Assembly: GCF_000195855.1 (NCBI RefSeq)
Contig: NC_002677.1
Coordinates: 1,560,001-1,592,000 of the forward strand
DNA length: 32,000 nucleotides
DNA from: Mycobacterium leprae TN
GTDB taxonomy: Bacteria; Actinomycetota; Actinomycetes; Mycobacteriales; Mycobacteriaceae
Direction: 5' to 3'
The notes under the pieces are model-generated. The model ran no database searches. It was not told the origin of the DNA and saw nothing but the letters and a program-made list of their open reading frames with translations. Of the stretch, positions 1 through 10,299 are shown in pieces. How positions within the stretch are numbered: position 1 is the first letter of the stretch; every line of letters begins with the position of its first letter. Position numbers and translations under genes: made by a program.

Positions 1-471
1 GATTTTATTCGATCCCGGGATCTGGCGACCGAGCGGAGTGAGGTGGATGTTTTGCCGTTCCAGCTGGTGACCATGGGTCAACCCATTGCTGACTTCGTTG
101 GCGAGTTGTTCGTGTCCAATTCCTATCGTGATTATCTTGAAGTGCATGGCATCGGTGTGCAGCTAACCGAGGCGCTGGCCGAATACTGGCACCGGCGCAT
201 TCGTGAAGAGCTGAAATTCTCCGGAAACCGGACGATGTCGGCTGACGATCCCGAGGCCGTCGAGGACTATTTCAAGCTCGGCTACCGAGGTGCCCGCTTC
301 GCGTTCGGGTATGGAGCATGCCCGGACCTGGAGGACCGGATCAAGATGATGGAGCTGCTTCAACCCGAACGCATCGGTGTAACGATATCTGAAGAGTTGC
401 AGTTACATCCCGAGCAATCGACTGATGCGTTCGTGCTGCACCATCCGGCGGCTAAGTACTTCAACGTCTGA
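1..471 (+). CDS. metH: Cobalamin-dependent methionine synthase MetH, C-terminal end (5' part lies upstream of the window)
   Basis: Frame 1 is open from base 1 to the TGA at 469-471. The translation DFIRSRDLATERSEVDVLPFQLVTMGQPIADF...YRGARFAFGYGACPDLEDR...LQLHPEQSTDAFVLHHPAAKYFNV is the conserved extreme C-terminus (reactivation domain) of mycobacterial MetH as I remember it. Confidence 0.9.
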   Translation, partial: DFIRSRDLATERSEVDVLPFQLVTMGQPIADFVGELFVSNSYRDYLEVHGIGVQLTEALAEYWHRRIREELKFSGNRTMSADDPEAVEDYFKLGYRGARFAFGYGACPDLEDRIKMMELLQPERIGVTISEELQLHPEQSTDAFVLHHPAAKYFNV

Positions 472-495
472 GGGCTACCTCGACTCGTCAGCCTT

Positions 496-1735
496 TCAGG
501 TGTGCTGCAGCATTGGCTCCTGGGAAGTTTCACCTATATGGAATTTTCCCAACAGAAAGACTCCTTTAGCTTGGTTGACAGCAGAATTCGTGAGGGGTAC
601 GGCAAATCCGAACAGTTCGATACCGTGGTCGGTGCCGAGGCTCTGCTCGGCTATTCCCTAGGCTGATGCGGTCATGCGTCTGTTGTCTGTGAGGAATTCG
701 AATCGGTACCGTTGACAACGTAATCGCCTTGAGTAGAGCCTACTCCCGGATGCGGGGGGAGAGACGTCGATGTCAGCGTCGTGGCTGTGATGTATGTAGC
801 AGTGGGGCTGGTGCCGATAAACGTGACTACGCTAATCGCGGGCAAGCCCTGCCCGGCCAGGGCCGTTGGAATGTGCCACGTCGATCAGCGGCCCCGCATC
901 TTCGCCCAGCACGCAACCGCCGGCAAGCCCGGTTAGTCCGACCGCATCGATAAGCAGCAGCGGAGCGAACGGGCCGAAATAGATCATGGTGTATAATACT
1001 GCGTAAGCGATGATTGTGGCGACCTGACTGGACCCCAGGTAGGTGAGTGCGTTCGGTAGCTGGGTGGTGATCATGCTGAGAGGTCCGGACAGGAATTCGA
1101 CGGCTAGGTTACAGAGAAAATCCAGTAACTTCTTGATTAACTTAACAATTAATTTGTTGGTTGGGTCGGGGAAACTGCTATCTGAGCCGTCGGTGGCGAC
1201 GATGTTACGGCGCGGGTGATGTCGTCCGCCTCCAGGCATTCGTTTGAGACCACTTAATAGACGCTCATCGTGGTTGTTGCCTGAACCCGCATCTCCATGT
1301 AGTCGGCTGTGTCGAATGCGAGGGGATATGGTGTTGATGCCAAAGAAATTGGTGTCGTGACCAGTGCTGTATACTAAGCATGGTTGGCTGCGAGGGCGGT
1401 GAGAGTCGGTATGCCGTTCGATGCGGAGGTGTAACCGGTGGAGGCAAGTTCGTGGCCAACCGCCTCCGCAATGGCCACTGCGGAGGCGGTCGGCCACGAA
1501 CAAAAGAACGGTCGATGGGCCGTGACGAACCGCTCTGCGCTCGGCCCCGTCTCACCTGGTTGCAGGAGAGGATACGAGAATTGGCGCGAGTTTTGTTGTA
1601 GCTTCAGTTATTTGGTCTACCAGAAGTGGTCAGGGACCGGCACCAGTGGACAACAGCACTCAATGCACTTTGAGGACAATGCCAGTTACACCGTAGGCGT
1701 CACGTTTCGTGGTTTACCGTCCTCAAGCCACAACA
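496..1735 (-). pseudogene. PPE-family protein pseudogene (position of PPE37/Rv2123), with multiple frameshifts and stops
   Basis: Minus-strand fragments are scattered over three frames: STGAGP*PLL, GPSAERFVTAH, TNFFGINTI (PPE-domain motif), DSSFPDPTNKLI, IYFGPFAPL..GLTGLAGG, RYRFEFL and EPMLQHT* (stop at 496-498). The 223-aa track ORF 832..1503 is only the longest surviving frame. The 5' boundary is approximate. Confidence 0.7.
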
Positions 1736-1965
1736 TATACGAGGTTAGACTAAGCTAATATCAAGGTGTCTTAGTCCAGTATGGTGGCTTTGGATGGCCG
1801 TGCCCCGAGCCTCGGGGTAGGCATCCATCGTCGGTGTGCGAGGTAGTCCCGCCTCGGGAAGGCGTTGGCCATGCTCAACGGCACGTTGTTTGCGGTTTTG
1901 CCGCTGCGCGACTGGGGGCGTATCAAGTCGACCGGTGAAACCGCCGCGACTTTGCTGGCTGGCAT

Positions 1966-2247
1966 GTGAAACAATCGCTGGCCGTGAAGACCTTCGAGGA
2001 TCTGTTCGCCGAACTCAGCGAACGTGCCCGTACCCGGCCTACCGACAGTGCCACAGTGGCCTCCCTGGACGGTGGGATACATGCGCTGGGCAAAAAGATC
2101 CTAGAGGAGGCCGGCGAGGTGTGGTTGGCTGCCGAACACGAACCCAAGGAAGTGTTGGCCGAAGAGATCAGCCAGTTGCTGTACTGGACCCAGGTGCTGA
2201 TGATCTCGCGCGGACTGTCGCTCGATGACGTCTATCGGAAGCTGTGA
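1966..2247 (+). CDS. hisE: Phosphoribosyl-ATP pyrophosphatase
   Basis: This is a 93-aa ORF with a GTG start. [25 protein letters not shown]...[18 protein letters not shown]...[27 protein letters not shown] is a full-length HisE (MazG-like) sequence, sitting directly upstream of hisG. Confidence 0.95.
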   Translation: MKQSLAVKTFEDLFAELSERARTRPTDSATVASLDGGIHALGKKILEEAGEVWLAAEHEPKEVLAEEISQLLYWTQVLMISRGLSLDDVYRKL

Positions 2248-2249
2248 GC

Positions 2250-3113
2250 ATGCTGCGGGTTGCCGTTCCTAACAAAGGTGCGCTAAGCGAGCCGGCTACC
2301 GAGATCCTTGCTGAGGCTGGCTATCGACGACGCACTGATCCCAAAGACCTTACTGTTGTCGACCCCGTTAACCGCGTTGAGTTTTTCTTTCTGCGGCCCA
2401 AAGACATTGCCATCTATGTCGGTTCCGGAGATCTGGACTTCGGCATTACCGGACGAGACCTGGTGCACGATTCTGATGCGTCGGTGTGTGAACGCCTGGC
2501 GCTGGGTTTCGGATCGTCCAGCTTCCGTTATGCCGGGCCTGCCGGACGCGACTGGACGACGTCGGATCTGGCCGGAAAAAGGATCGCCACCGCTTACTCG
2601 AATTTGGTACGAAAGGACCTGGTTGCCAAGGGTATTGAAGCAACAGTTATAAGACTTGACGGCGCTGTAGAGATCTCGGTGCAACTTGGGGTGGCCGACG
2701 TCATCGCTGACGTGGTCGGGTCCGGACGCACCCTGAGCTTGCATGACCTCGTGGCTTTTGGCGAGCCGCTGTGTGATTCGGAGGCGGTGTTGATCGAGCG
2801 TGGTGATCGGGGCAGCCTCGATCACCACGAGACCGTTGCAGCTCGCGATCAATTGGTCGCTCGGGTCCAAGGGGTGGTGTTTGGTCAACAATACTTGATG
2901 CTGGACTACGACTGCCCGCGCTCAGTACTGGACAAGGCTACGTTGATCACGTCGGGACTGGAGTCACCGACCATAGCTCCACTAGCCGAGCCAGGCTGGG
3001 TGGCAATTCGTGCATTGGTGCCCCGCCGAGACATCAACGGGATTATGGACGAGCTTGCCGCCATCGGAGCCAAAGCGATTCTGGCTTCTGACATTAGGTT
3101 TTGCCGGTTTTGA
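2250..3113 (+). CDS. hisG: ATP phosphoribosyltransferase (long form)
   Basis: [25 protein letters not shown]...[27 protein letters not shown]...C-terminal regulatory domain ...[18 protein letters not shown] chose the ATG at 2250 by homology. The track ORF starts at GTG 2244, which overlaps the hisE stop (GTGA), and remains an alternative start. Confidence 0.93.
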   Translation: MLRVAVPNKGALSEPATEILAEAGYRRRTDPKDLTVVDPVNRVEFFFLRPKDIAIYVGSGDLDFGITGRDLVHDSDASVCERLALGFGSSSFRYAGPAGRDWTTSDLAGKRIATAYSNLVRKDLVAKGIEATVIRLDGAVEISVQLGVADVIADVVGSGRTLSLHDLVAFGEPLCDSEAVLIERGDRGSLDHHETVAARDQLVARVQGVVFGQQYLMLDYDCPRSVLDKATLITSGLESPTIAPLAEPGWVAIRALVPRRDINGIMDELAAIGAKAILASDIRFCRF

Positions 3114-3389
3114 AACTTCGTTGTGTTAGTCGTTCGGCTACGGCTGATTTCCATCGGACTAATGGCACCCCCTGTGGGTTATAATCCGTATTGGTTGCCG
3201 AGCTGTTCCTCTTGACGGGAGGAACTCCGTGACGCATTACCTGGTTCTTTTGATTGGTGTTAACGTCGAGTCATGTTCCCTGACTGTTTCCGCGGTAGTT
3301 TCCTGAGCAGCTCTCTACTCGTCTGGATCAACTTCTTTAGTACAACCTCGAATTGAGGTAGGTCATTTCACCTCTGTTGTGATCCTCAT

Positions 3390-3714
3390 TGTTATTGCGG
3401 TCACAGAGCTGTGTCAATGACAAGCTTCCTAAAACATCGACTTGTATCGTGCCTCCGGCGTTTACTGTGCGGAGCATGACAGGCGCGTTTGTCGGCGTCG
3501 TAATAGGTACATTCAGGTGCTATTTGTGGATCGCACTTGGTGCCGTCCTCGTCGGTGAGGTGTTCGGGATCCTGGCCAGTTTTTAGGCACGCAATCGGCT
3601 GGTCGTTGCCCGGGGCATATAGGACCTGCTGGATCGTGCTGTTGGAGGATGCGGTCACGGTCTTGGGCTGGTTCGCAATCGTTACGCTCACGGGTTCTCT
3701 ATGGGTAAGCATGT
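3390..3714 (+). pseudogene. Possible remnant of a small integral membrane protein (expected position of an Rv2120c-like gene)
   Basis: Two plus-strand frames each carry TM-like hydrophobic stretches: GAFVGVVIGTFRCYLWIALGAVLVGEVFGILASF, then TCWIVLLEDAVTVLGWFAIVTLTGSLWV. This fits one frameshifted membrane ORF. I recognised no family motif, so the call rests on hydrophobicity and synteny only. Confidence 0.3.
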
Positions 3715-5050
3715 CGATCCAGTCATCGTCGGCGACGGTCAGGCTGATGGCTGCCGAACAGCTCGTGGCGATAGTGGAAGTGCAAAATTATCGGTGGCAC
3801 CTGTGTCAACACCGGATGCATTCCAACCAAGAAGTTGGTAGTTAGCGCGCATGCTGCGTAGTTGGACTGCCGTGGCAGTGTAATACAATGGAAGCACTGG
3901 GCCAATCAGTGTGAGACATGGCGAAAGTCAAGGCGCGCAAAGATGTTAGGGTGTTGAAATCTGTTTAGATAACATGGACACCTGCACCGTCTTTCGTGGT
4001 TACACTTCTTTTGAGGATCCGCGTACCCGCTGCTGCGGCGAGGACTTGCTGCGCGCTGACCGGATCTTCCTCAATGCCGGTGGTCATGCGGTGGTGTCGG
4101 ACATCCCGGGGCTCTGCGATATCGAATTCCTTACCTATGTTGTATAGATTCTCGAATTCGTCACGTTGTTATCCCATCTCGTCATTCTGCGGGGGCAGTT
4201 ACATCGTGTTGGATTTTGTGTAGATGTATCGTCGCTTCGAAGCCTGGGTGGTTCGTCGAAAGGAGTCTACGACTAGCCTTCCGCGAAGAAAGGGATGTCT
4301 TAACTGCCACCAGAGAGATCCTGGAAGCTGAAGGTATCGATATTGTCGCCGGCGCTAATGATATGTGGGTTAGTAAGCGTCACAGTGATTCCTGAGGATT
4401 TGCGCTCACACCTAGTACTGGTGTTGTTCCGATTCAGGGCACCCATCTATTGTTGGCCGTGGGACGGCGGCCTAACAACGACGACCTGGTTCTTTGAGGT
4501 CGTCGTTGTGCATATCGACAGTCGCAGCTGAATCGCAGTCGACAGCCAACTCAAGATCAATATCGACCATATTTGGGCGATGGTGGATTGCAATGGCAAT
4601 GGGTGCTTTCATTCACACTATCATACAATTATTACGAAATTGTTGCCGCCAACTTGATCGACGATGACCCGCTTGGGGTGAATGAACTCATCACCACCTA
4701 TGCGCTGTATATCGACTCCTTGCTGGGGAGCGGCGGCATGACCGCCGATCAGGCTCACGTATCGGGCAGCAAGGCACTAGTTGGTTAGTGATCAATGACT
4801 AGGGTTGGGCATAGAAGTGGAAAAGGTGAGATACAAGGCTATATAAAGTACAGTAGTCGACGCCGATACCCACTAGGTCCCTGGGAGAAAACATCTTTGG
4901 AGTCGACGGTGACGAAGCGATTCACGTCATTTTGGACGTCATGTCAGCCAAAGCACCCTACACCACGCTAGTGCGCACGATGCATATCCATCCTATCGTC
5001 AGCATTTCATTCCCAGGATGCTGCAGGAGATGTGGCTACTCGAGTAGTGC
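3715..5050 (+). pseudogene. Class I pyridine nucleotide-disulfide oxidoreductase (mercuric/glutathione-reductase-like flavoprotein) pseudogene
   Basis: The redox-active disulfide motif IIGGTCVNTGCIPTKKLV is encoded at about 3787-3840. Other fragments lie in shifted frames: an NAD-binding LSHLVILRGQLHRVGF.. (cf. LVIlGGgyIGlEF), FTLSYNYYEIVAANLIDDDP...YALYIDSLLGSGGMTADQA, and the C-terminal APYTTLVRTMHIHPIVS (cf. HxHPTxSE). There are many frameshifts and stops. Confidence 0.7.
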
Positions 5051-5152
5051 CCGGGCGCTAATTGGGTGTTCCCGACGGCAAGATCGACGGCAGCGTGCAG
5101 GCTACTTGCCCTTTTTCGTGCCAGCGCAAATCTTGACGAAAACTCGCCTCGG

Positions 5153-6037
5153 CTAGGCCGCCGATTCCGTTAGGCGGGAAACGGCTTCCGTGTGCGAATG
5201 ATCCGGCCATCCAGGGTAGGGCGGCGGCGTCCCACCGAAAGCCGGACAATGCTCCTGGTGCGGGCACCACCCGCATAACCGCGACGGGTTGGGACGGAAA
5301 TCGCCTGTTTCACCAGAGAATTGGATCGTGCGCCAGATCGCCATCAACGTCTTTCCGAAGCGCAACAGCTCGTCACGATCCGGCGCATAGTCCAGCAGCT
5401 GGCTGTCAGCAAGGTAGATGAGCCGCAGCCGGGCGGGCAGCACACCGCGTGAATGCAGCAACGTCAATGCGTAAAACTTCATTTGGAACATAGCCTTGAA
5501 CTCGGCTAGAGCTTGTGCAGCCGGCGGGGCCTTGCCGGTCTTGTAGTCCACCACCCGTAGCTCGCCGGTGGCGGCGACGTCGATCCGGTCGATAAAGCCG
5601 CGCAGCAATAGGCCGTCGGCCAGTTCGACTTCCACACGTTGTTCGCAGCTTTGCGGGTTGAAGCGGGTGGGGTCTTCGAGCCGGTAATAACCGGAGAGCA
5701 ATGTGCGGGCTTCGTCCAGCAATTGGGTTCGCTGCTTAGCATCCAGCTCGCCGTCCAGGTCTCGTTCTGCAGCGATCATCTGGTTCCACACGGACTCCAC
5801 GAGCGATCGCGCAGTGTCTGAGCAGCGCCGCAGCGCGGGCAGACCATAAAGTCGTTGCAGCGTGGTGTGCACCACTGAGCCGAGGAGCTGCGCGGCAGAC
5901 GGTGCTTCGGGCAACCGGTCGATCGCCCGGAACCGATACAGTAGTGGGCACTGCTTGAAGTCCGCCGCACGCGACGGTGATAGCGCCAGTCGTGGCGAAC
6001 ACAGATCCGCTCGAAGTGGCTTCGGCTGGTCGATCAT
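5153..6037 (-). CDS. PD-(D/E)XK nuclease of the RecB/AddB/Cas4 type with a 4-Cys Fe-S staple (Rv2119-like conserved hypothetical)
   Basis: This is an intact 294-aa ORF. It has an N-terminal Cys (DFKQCPLLYRF), a nuclease core GFIDRIDV...ELRVVDYKTGK (D...D/ExK), and a C-terminal CGWCPHQEHC (CX2CX5C). It is divergent from trmI. Confidence 0.85.
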   Translation of the reverse strand: MIDQPKPLRADLCSPRLALSPSRAADFKQCPLLYRFRAIDRLPEAPSAAQLLGSVVHTTLQRLYGLPALRRCSDTARSLVESVWNQMIAAERDLDGELDAKQRTQLLDEARTLLSGYYRLEDPTRFNPQSCEQRVEVELADGLLLRGFIDRIDVAATGELRVVDYKTGKAPPAAQALAEFKAMFQMKFYALTLLHSRGVLPARLRLIYLADSQLLDYAPDRDELLRFGKTLMAIWRTIQFSGETGDFRPNPSRLCGWCPHQEHCPAFGGTPPPYPGWPDHSHTEAVSRLTESAA

Positions 6038-6050
6038 GACGGCAGCCTAG

Positions 6051-6956
<906 letters not shown>

Positions 6957-7069
6957 AAACGGTGAGGAGCGTGACAGCTAGTGATGATCGCGAGTGCGAC
7001 GAAGCCGACCGTAGCGGGTTATCACTATCGGATTTAGCACTATCGACCGTACCGGAGAACCGCTTGGGC

Positions 7070-7363
7070 TTAATCGTCGCTGTGGTGCAGGCCGCGGCGA
7101 ACGTGGAGCAGCTCGAACTCGGGATGTGCGGCTACCAGGCGTTCGCTGGCATCGAGCACATCAACGGTATGACTGCGGTCGCTAGACACCATAGCCACAC
7201 CGATGCCAGCTCGGCGATACAAGTCGTGTGAACCGGTCTCAGCGGCCGACACGCTGAACTTGTGTTGTAGCTCAGCGAGAACTGGGCGTATTAGCGACCG
7301 CTTTTGTTTGAGTGAATGGACGTCGCCTAGCAGCACATCGAATTCGAGCCAGCCGATCCACAT
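7070..7363 (-). CDS. DUF503 (YlxP-like) small protein
   Basis: MWIGWLEFDVLLGDVHSLKQKRSLIRPVLAELQHKF...GIGVAMVSSDRSHTV is a typical DUF503 sequence. I prefer the ATG at 7363, which gives 97 aa. The track start at TTG 7375 overlaps the lppK stop. Confidence 0.8.
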   Translation of the reverse strand: MWIGWLEFDVLLGDVHSLKQKRSLIRPVLAELQHKFSVSAAETGSHDLYRRAGIGVAMVSSDRSHTVDVLDASERLVAAHPEFELLHVRRGLHHSDD

Positions 7364-7371
7364 ACCGCGGA

Positions 7372-7962
7372 TCAATGCGAAGGTGTTGGGGTCGGCGCCT
7401 TGATTGGTGCTGGGTTAGTTAGGCCCGATGAATTTCCGAACTCTAGCAGCATGTCTGCGGTTCGCTTGGATAACTGCCAGCTCTGTTGCGGGGGCGGGAA
7501 GGGTGTGAACTCCATCGGGAACGAGAATACGCTGTTGTTCGTTTGGGCGATGTTGACACTGATAGTGGCTAGCACATCGGACGGATTCTTGTTTGACCAT
7601 GCGATGTTGTTCGCCGTGAAGGTCATCGGCAGGTAGCCGTTGTCCCGTAATGCGTTGCTGAATTTGTCCAGGGTGACAGCGCTGTCAGGGGTTGCGCTTT
7701 CGATGAGGGGTAACTTGTCGATGCCCGGAATGTTGGGGTCGGCGAGCCGGCTAAGCACATTGGTAAGGACTTCCGGAGCCGGCAGGCCAGTAGCTGGCGG
7801 AGCAGTAATTGAACTCGAAATGCCTGGGAAAGTGGATGGGACAGCCGACTCTGATGTGCTGGAGTTGCCATGTGCACATCCCGAGGACCCAAATCCTGCC
7901 GTGGTTACGATAGCGCTCAGGGCGATGAAAAAGGTTCGATGCGTCCAGCGCGACACGTTCAA
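7372..7962 (-). CDS. lppK: Lipoprotein LppK
   Basis: This is a 196-aa ORF with a signal peptide plus lipobox (...SAIVTTAGFGSSGC AHG). The mature part resembles LppK (Rv2116) and the synteny agrees. The start codon is uncertain, either TTG 7962 or GTG 7956. Confidence 0.8.
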   Translation of the reverse strand: MNVSRWTHRTFFIALSAIVTTAGFGSSGCAHGNSSTSESAVPSTFPGISSSITAPPATGLPAPEVLTNVLSRLADPNIPGIDKLPLIESATPDSAVTLDKFSNALRDNGYLPMTFTANNIAWSNKNPSDVLATISVNIAQTNNSVFSFPMEFTPFPPPQQSWQLSKRTADMLLEFGNSSGLTNPAPIKAPTPTPSH

Positions 7963-8243
7963 CTACGCGTCTACGTCGATTGACTGCAGCAGCAGGCTAG
8001 CGGGTGCAAGGGAAATCACATGGCTGGCACACGCGCCTCGGACGACAATATGTGCCGCTATGTGTATGGCGAGGTACTGTATAGTCACCGCTGCCCTTTC
8101 GATCGGCTAACTCAGCGCAGAGCTTACCAACGCTACCGGAGACACGGCTTTTGGCGGCATTTCACTTCTGCGTACGATAGAGGCAATCACCGGTAGCGTT
8201 GAAACATTCGCCGTGCTATTTCGGTGCGGGAAAGGAGCGCAAG

Positions 8244-10073
8244 GTGGGTGAGTCAGAGCGTTCTGAAGCATTCAATCCCCCTCGTGAAGCGGGCATGTCC
8301 AGCGGCGATATTGCTGAATTGGAACAACTACGACGCGAGATAGTGGTGTTGCGTGAGCAACTTGAGCATGCGGTTGGACCGCATGGGAGTGTCCGCTCTG
8401 TGCGCGATGTGCATCAGCTCGAAGCTCGAATTGACTCGCTTACGGCCCGCAATTCTAAATTAATGGACACTCTTAAAGAAGCCCGTCAACAACTGTTGGC
8501 GCTGCGTGAGGAAGTCGACCGGCTAGGACAGCCGCCCAGCGGGTACGGCGTGCTATTGGCCGCTCACGATGACGAAACGGTCGATGTGTTCACGTCGGGC
8601 CGCAAGATGCGGCTCACGTGCTCACCTAATATCGAGGTTGCGTCGTTACGGAAGGGCCAGACCGTCCGGCTCAACGAGGCCCTGACCGTCGTCGAAGCTG
8701 GTACCTTCGAGGCGGTCGGTGAGGTATCCACCTTGCGGGAGGTCTTGGCGGACGGTCACCGCGCGCTGGTCGTCGGCCACGCTGACGAGGAACGCATCGT
8801 TTGTTTAGCTGAGCCGCTGGTTGCCGAGAATTTGCTGGACGGCGTTCCCGGTGCCCTCAACGATGATAGCCGGCCGCGCAAACTGCGTCCTGGAGACTCG
8901 CTGTTGGTCGACCCCAAGGCCGGCTATGCTTTCGAACGTGTCCCCAAGGCCGAGGTTGAAGACCTGGTGCTGGAAGAGGTGCCCGATGTTAGCTACCAGG
9001 ACATCGGCGGTCTGACCCGCCAGATCGAACAGATCCGCGATGCCGTGGAGCTGCCGTTCCTGCACAAGGAGTTGTACCGGGAGTACGCACTGCGCCCACC
9101 CAAAGGGGTGTTACTTTATGGTCCGCCCGGCTGTGGCAAGACACTGATCGCCAAGGCGGTGGCCAACTCTCTGGCTAAGAAGATGGCTGAGGTTCGCGGC
9201 GACGACGCCCGCGAGGCTAAATCGTACTTCCTCAACATCAAAGGTCCCGAACTATTGAACAAGTTCGTCGGCGAGACTGAACGACACATCCGGCTGATCT
9301 TCCAGCGCGCGAGAGAGAAGGCGTCGGAAGGAACACCGGTGATCGTGTTCTTCGACGAGATGGACTCGATTTTCCGTACCCGCGGCACCGGTGTCTCCTC
9401 GGATGTCGAGACAACCGTGGTGCCGCAGCTGCTCAGCGAGATCGACGGGGTAGAAGGCCTCGAGAACGTCATCGTGATCGGCGCCTCCAACCGCGAAGAC
9501 ATGATCGACCCCGCGATTCTGCGGCCCGGGCGTCTCGACGTGAAGATCAAGATCGAACGGCCCGATGCCGAAGCGGCGCAAGACATCTACTCGAAGTACC
9601 TGACCGAGTCGCTGCCGGTGCATGCCGACGACCTCACCGAGTTCGATGGTGACCGTGCGGCTTGCATAAAGGCCATGATCGAAAAGGTTGTCGACCGGAT
9701 GTATGCCGAGATCGACGACAACCGTTTCCTGGAAGTCACTTATGCCAACGGGGACAAGGAAGTCATGTACTTTAAGGACTTCAACTCCGGGGCGATGATC
9801 CAAAACGTCGTAGATCGGGCGAAGAAGAACGCCATCAAGTCAGTGCTGGAGACCGGTCAACCCGGGTTGCGAATTCAACATCTGCTCGACTCGATCGTTG
9901 ACGAGTTCGCTGAAAACGAGGATCTTCCCAACACCACCAATCCTGATGACTGGGCGCGGATTTCGGGCAAGAAGGGTGAGCGGATCGTCTACATTCGCAC
10001 TTTGGTTACTGGTAAGAGTTCGAGTGCCAGCCGGGCAATTGATACTGAATCCAACCTCGGCCAGTACCTGTAG
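8244..10073 (+). CDS. mpa: Proteasome-associated AAA+ ATPase Mpa/ARC
   Basis: The GTG at 8244 is preceded by AGGAG (8233-8237) and gives 609 aa starting [10 protein letters not shown]. It has an N-terminal coiled coil, Walker A GPPGCGKT, Walker [10 protein letters not shown], and the C-terminal 20S-docking tail ...SNLGQYL. The track ORF start at 8199 adds 15 unsupported residues. Confidence 0.95.
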   Translation: MGESERSEAFNPPREAGMSSGDIAELEQLRREIVVLREQLEHAVGPHGSVRSVRDVHQLEARIDSLTARNSKLMDTLKEARQQLLALREEVDRLGQPPSGYGVLLAAHDDETVDVFTSGRKMRLTCSPNIEVASLRKGQTVRLNEALTVVEAGTFEAVGEVSTLREVLADGHRALVVGHADEERIVCLAEPLVAENLLDGVPGALNDDSRPRKLRPGDSLLVDPKAGYAFERVPKAEVEDLVLEEVPDVSYQDIGGLTRQIEQIRDAVELPFLHKELYREYALRPPKGVLLYGPPGCGKTLIAKAVANSLAKKMAEVRGDDAREAKSYFLNIKGPELLNKFVGETERHIRLIFQRAREKASEGTPVIVFFDEMDSIFRTRGTGVSSDVETTVVPQLLSEIDGVEGLENVIVIGASNREDMIDPAILRPGRLDVKIKIERPDAEAAQDIYSKYLTESLPVHADDLTEFDGDRAACIKAMIEKVVDRMYAEIDDNRFLEVTYANGDKEVMYFKDFNSGAMIQNVVDRAKKNAIKSVLETGQPGLRIQHLLDSIVDEFAENEDLPNTTNPDDWARISGKKGERIVYIRTLVTGKSSSASRAIDTESNLGQYL

Positions 10074-10299
10074 GCATGGGCGTTGAGGTCTGTCGGTCTC
10101 CCGCGCGTAGCTGTTGGTCAGATCGTCCTGCAAGACGTGGGCTGGCTGGGTTCTCGTGTCCACGCTCAACAGGTCCGGTAGGCACACACGACTGCTTAGT
10201 TCCATCTGGCCGACAGGTCGATCCTGCCGGCTGGCGCCAGGCTGGGTCATCTCCATGGCAGGTGAGGGTCACGGCCCTGACTCCGGGTCTTTAATCACC

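Noticed and set aside
832-1503. A 223-aa minus-strand ORF that could be taken for an intact gene
   Set aside because: Only its C-terminal two-thirds is PPE-like. The upstream PPE motifs (TNFFGINTI, GPSAERF) are in other frames, so it is the longest surviving frame of a pseudogene.
3205-3225. A hairpin GTTCCTC-N7-GAGGAAC downstream of hisG as a terminator, and GACGCTCG-N17-CGAGCGTC at about 28146-28178
   Set aside because: The stems are short and no U-tract follows. The evidence is insufficient to call either an intrinsic terminator.
8080-8178. Candidate sigma-A promoters upstream of mpa (TATAGT at 8080-8085; TTGGCG-N16-TACGAT at 8151-8178)
   Set aside because: The hexamers are plausible, but each has a weak partner element and I have no transcript data to support them. 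I did not report them as features.
8199-8243. N-terminal extensions suggested by the ORF track for mpa (8199), pafA (19717), tatA (23184) and hisG (2244)
   Set aside because: Homologous protein N-termini begin at the internal GTG or ATG codons (8244, 19801, 23205, 2250). Where a Shine-Dalgarno sequence is visible (mpa, tatA), it sits in front of those internal starts.
9252-9803. A 183-aa ORF antisense to mpa, with similar antisense ORFs at 9116-9586 and 8805-9065
   Set aside because: It lies entirely inside a strongly supported, motif-rich CDS on the other strand. It is a typical shadow ORF of GC-rich DNA, with no motifs and no start context.
10087-10116. CTGTCGGTC-N8/9-(G)TAGCTG just after the mpa stop, resembling the PafBC-dependent RecA-NDp promoter motif (tTGTCRgtg-N8-TAnnnT, from memory)
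   Set aside because: The spacing and -10 element do not fit. N8 gives GTAGCT and N9 gives TAGCTG, which lacks the final T. It also points into dead DNA, so it is probably chance.
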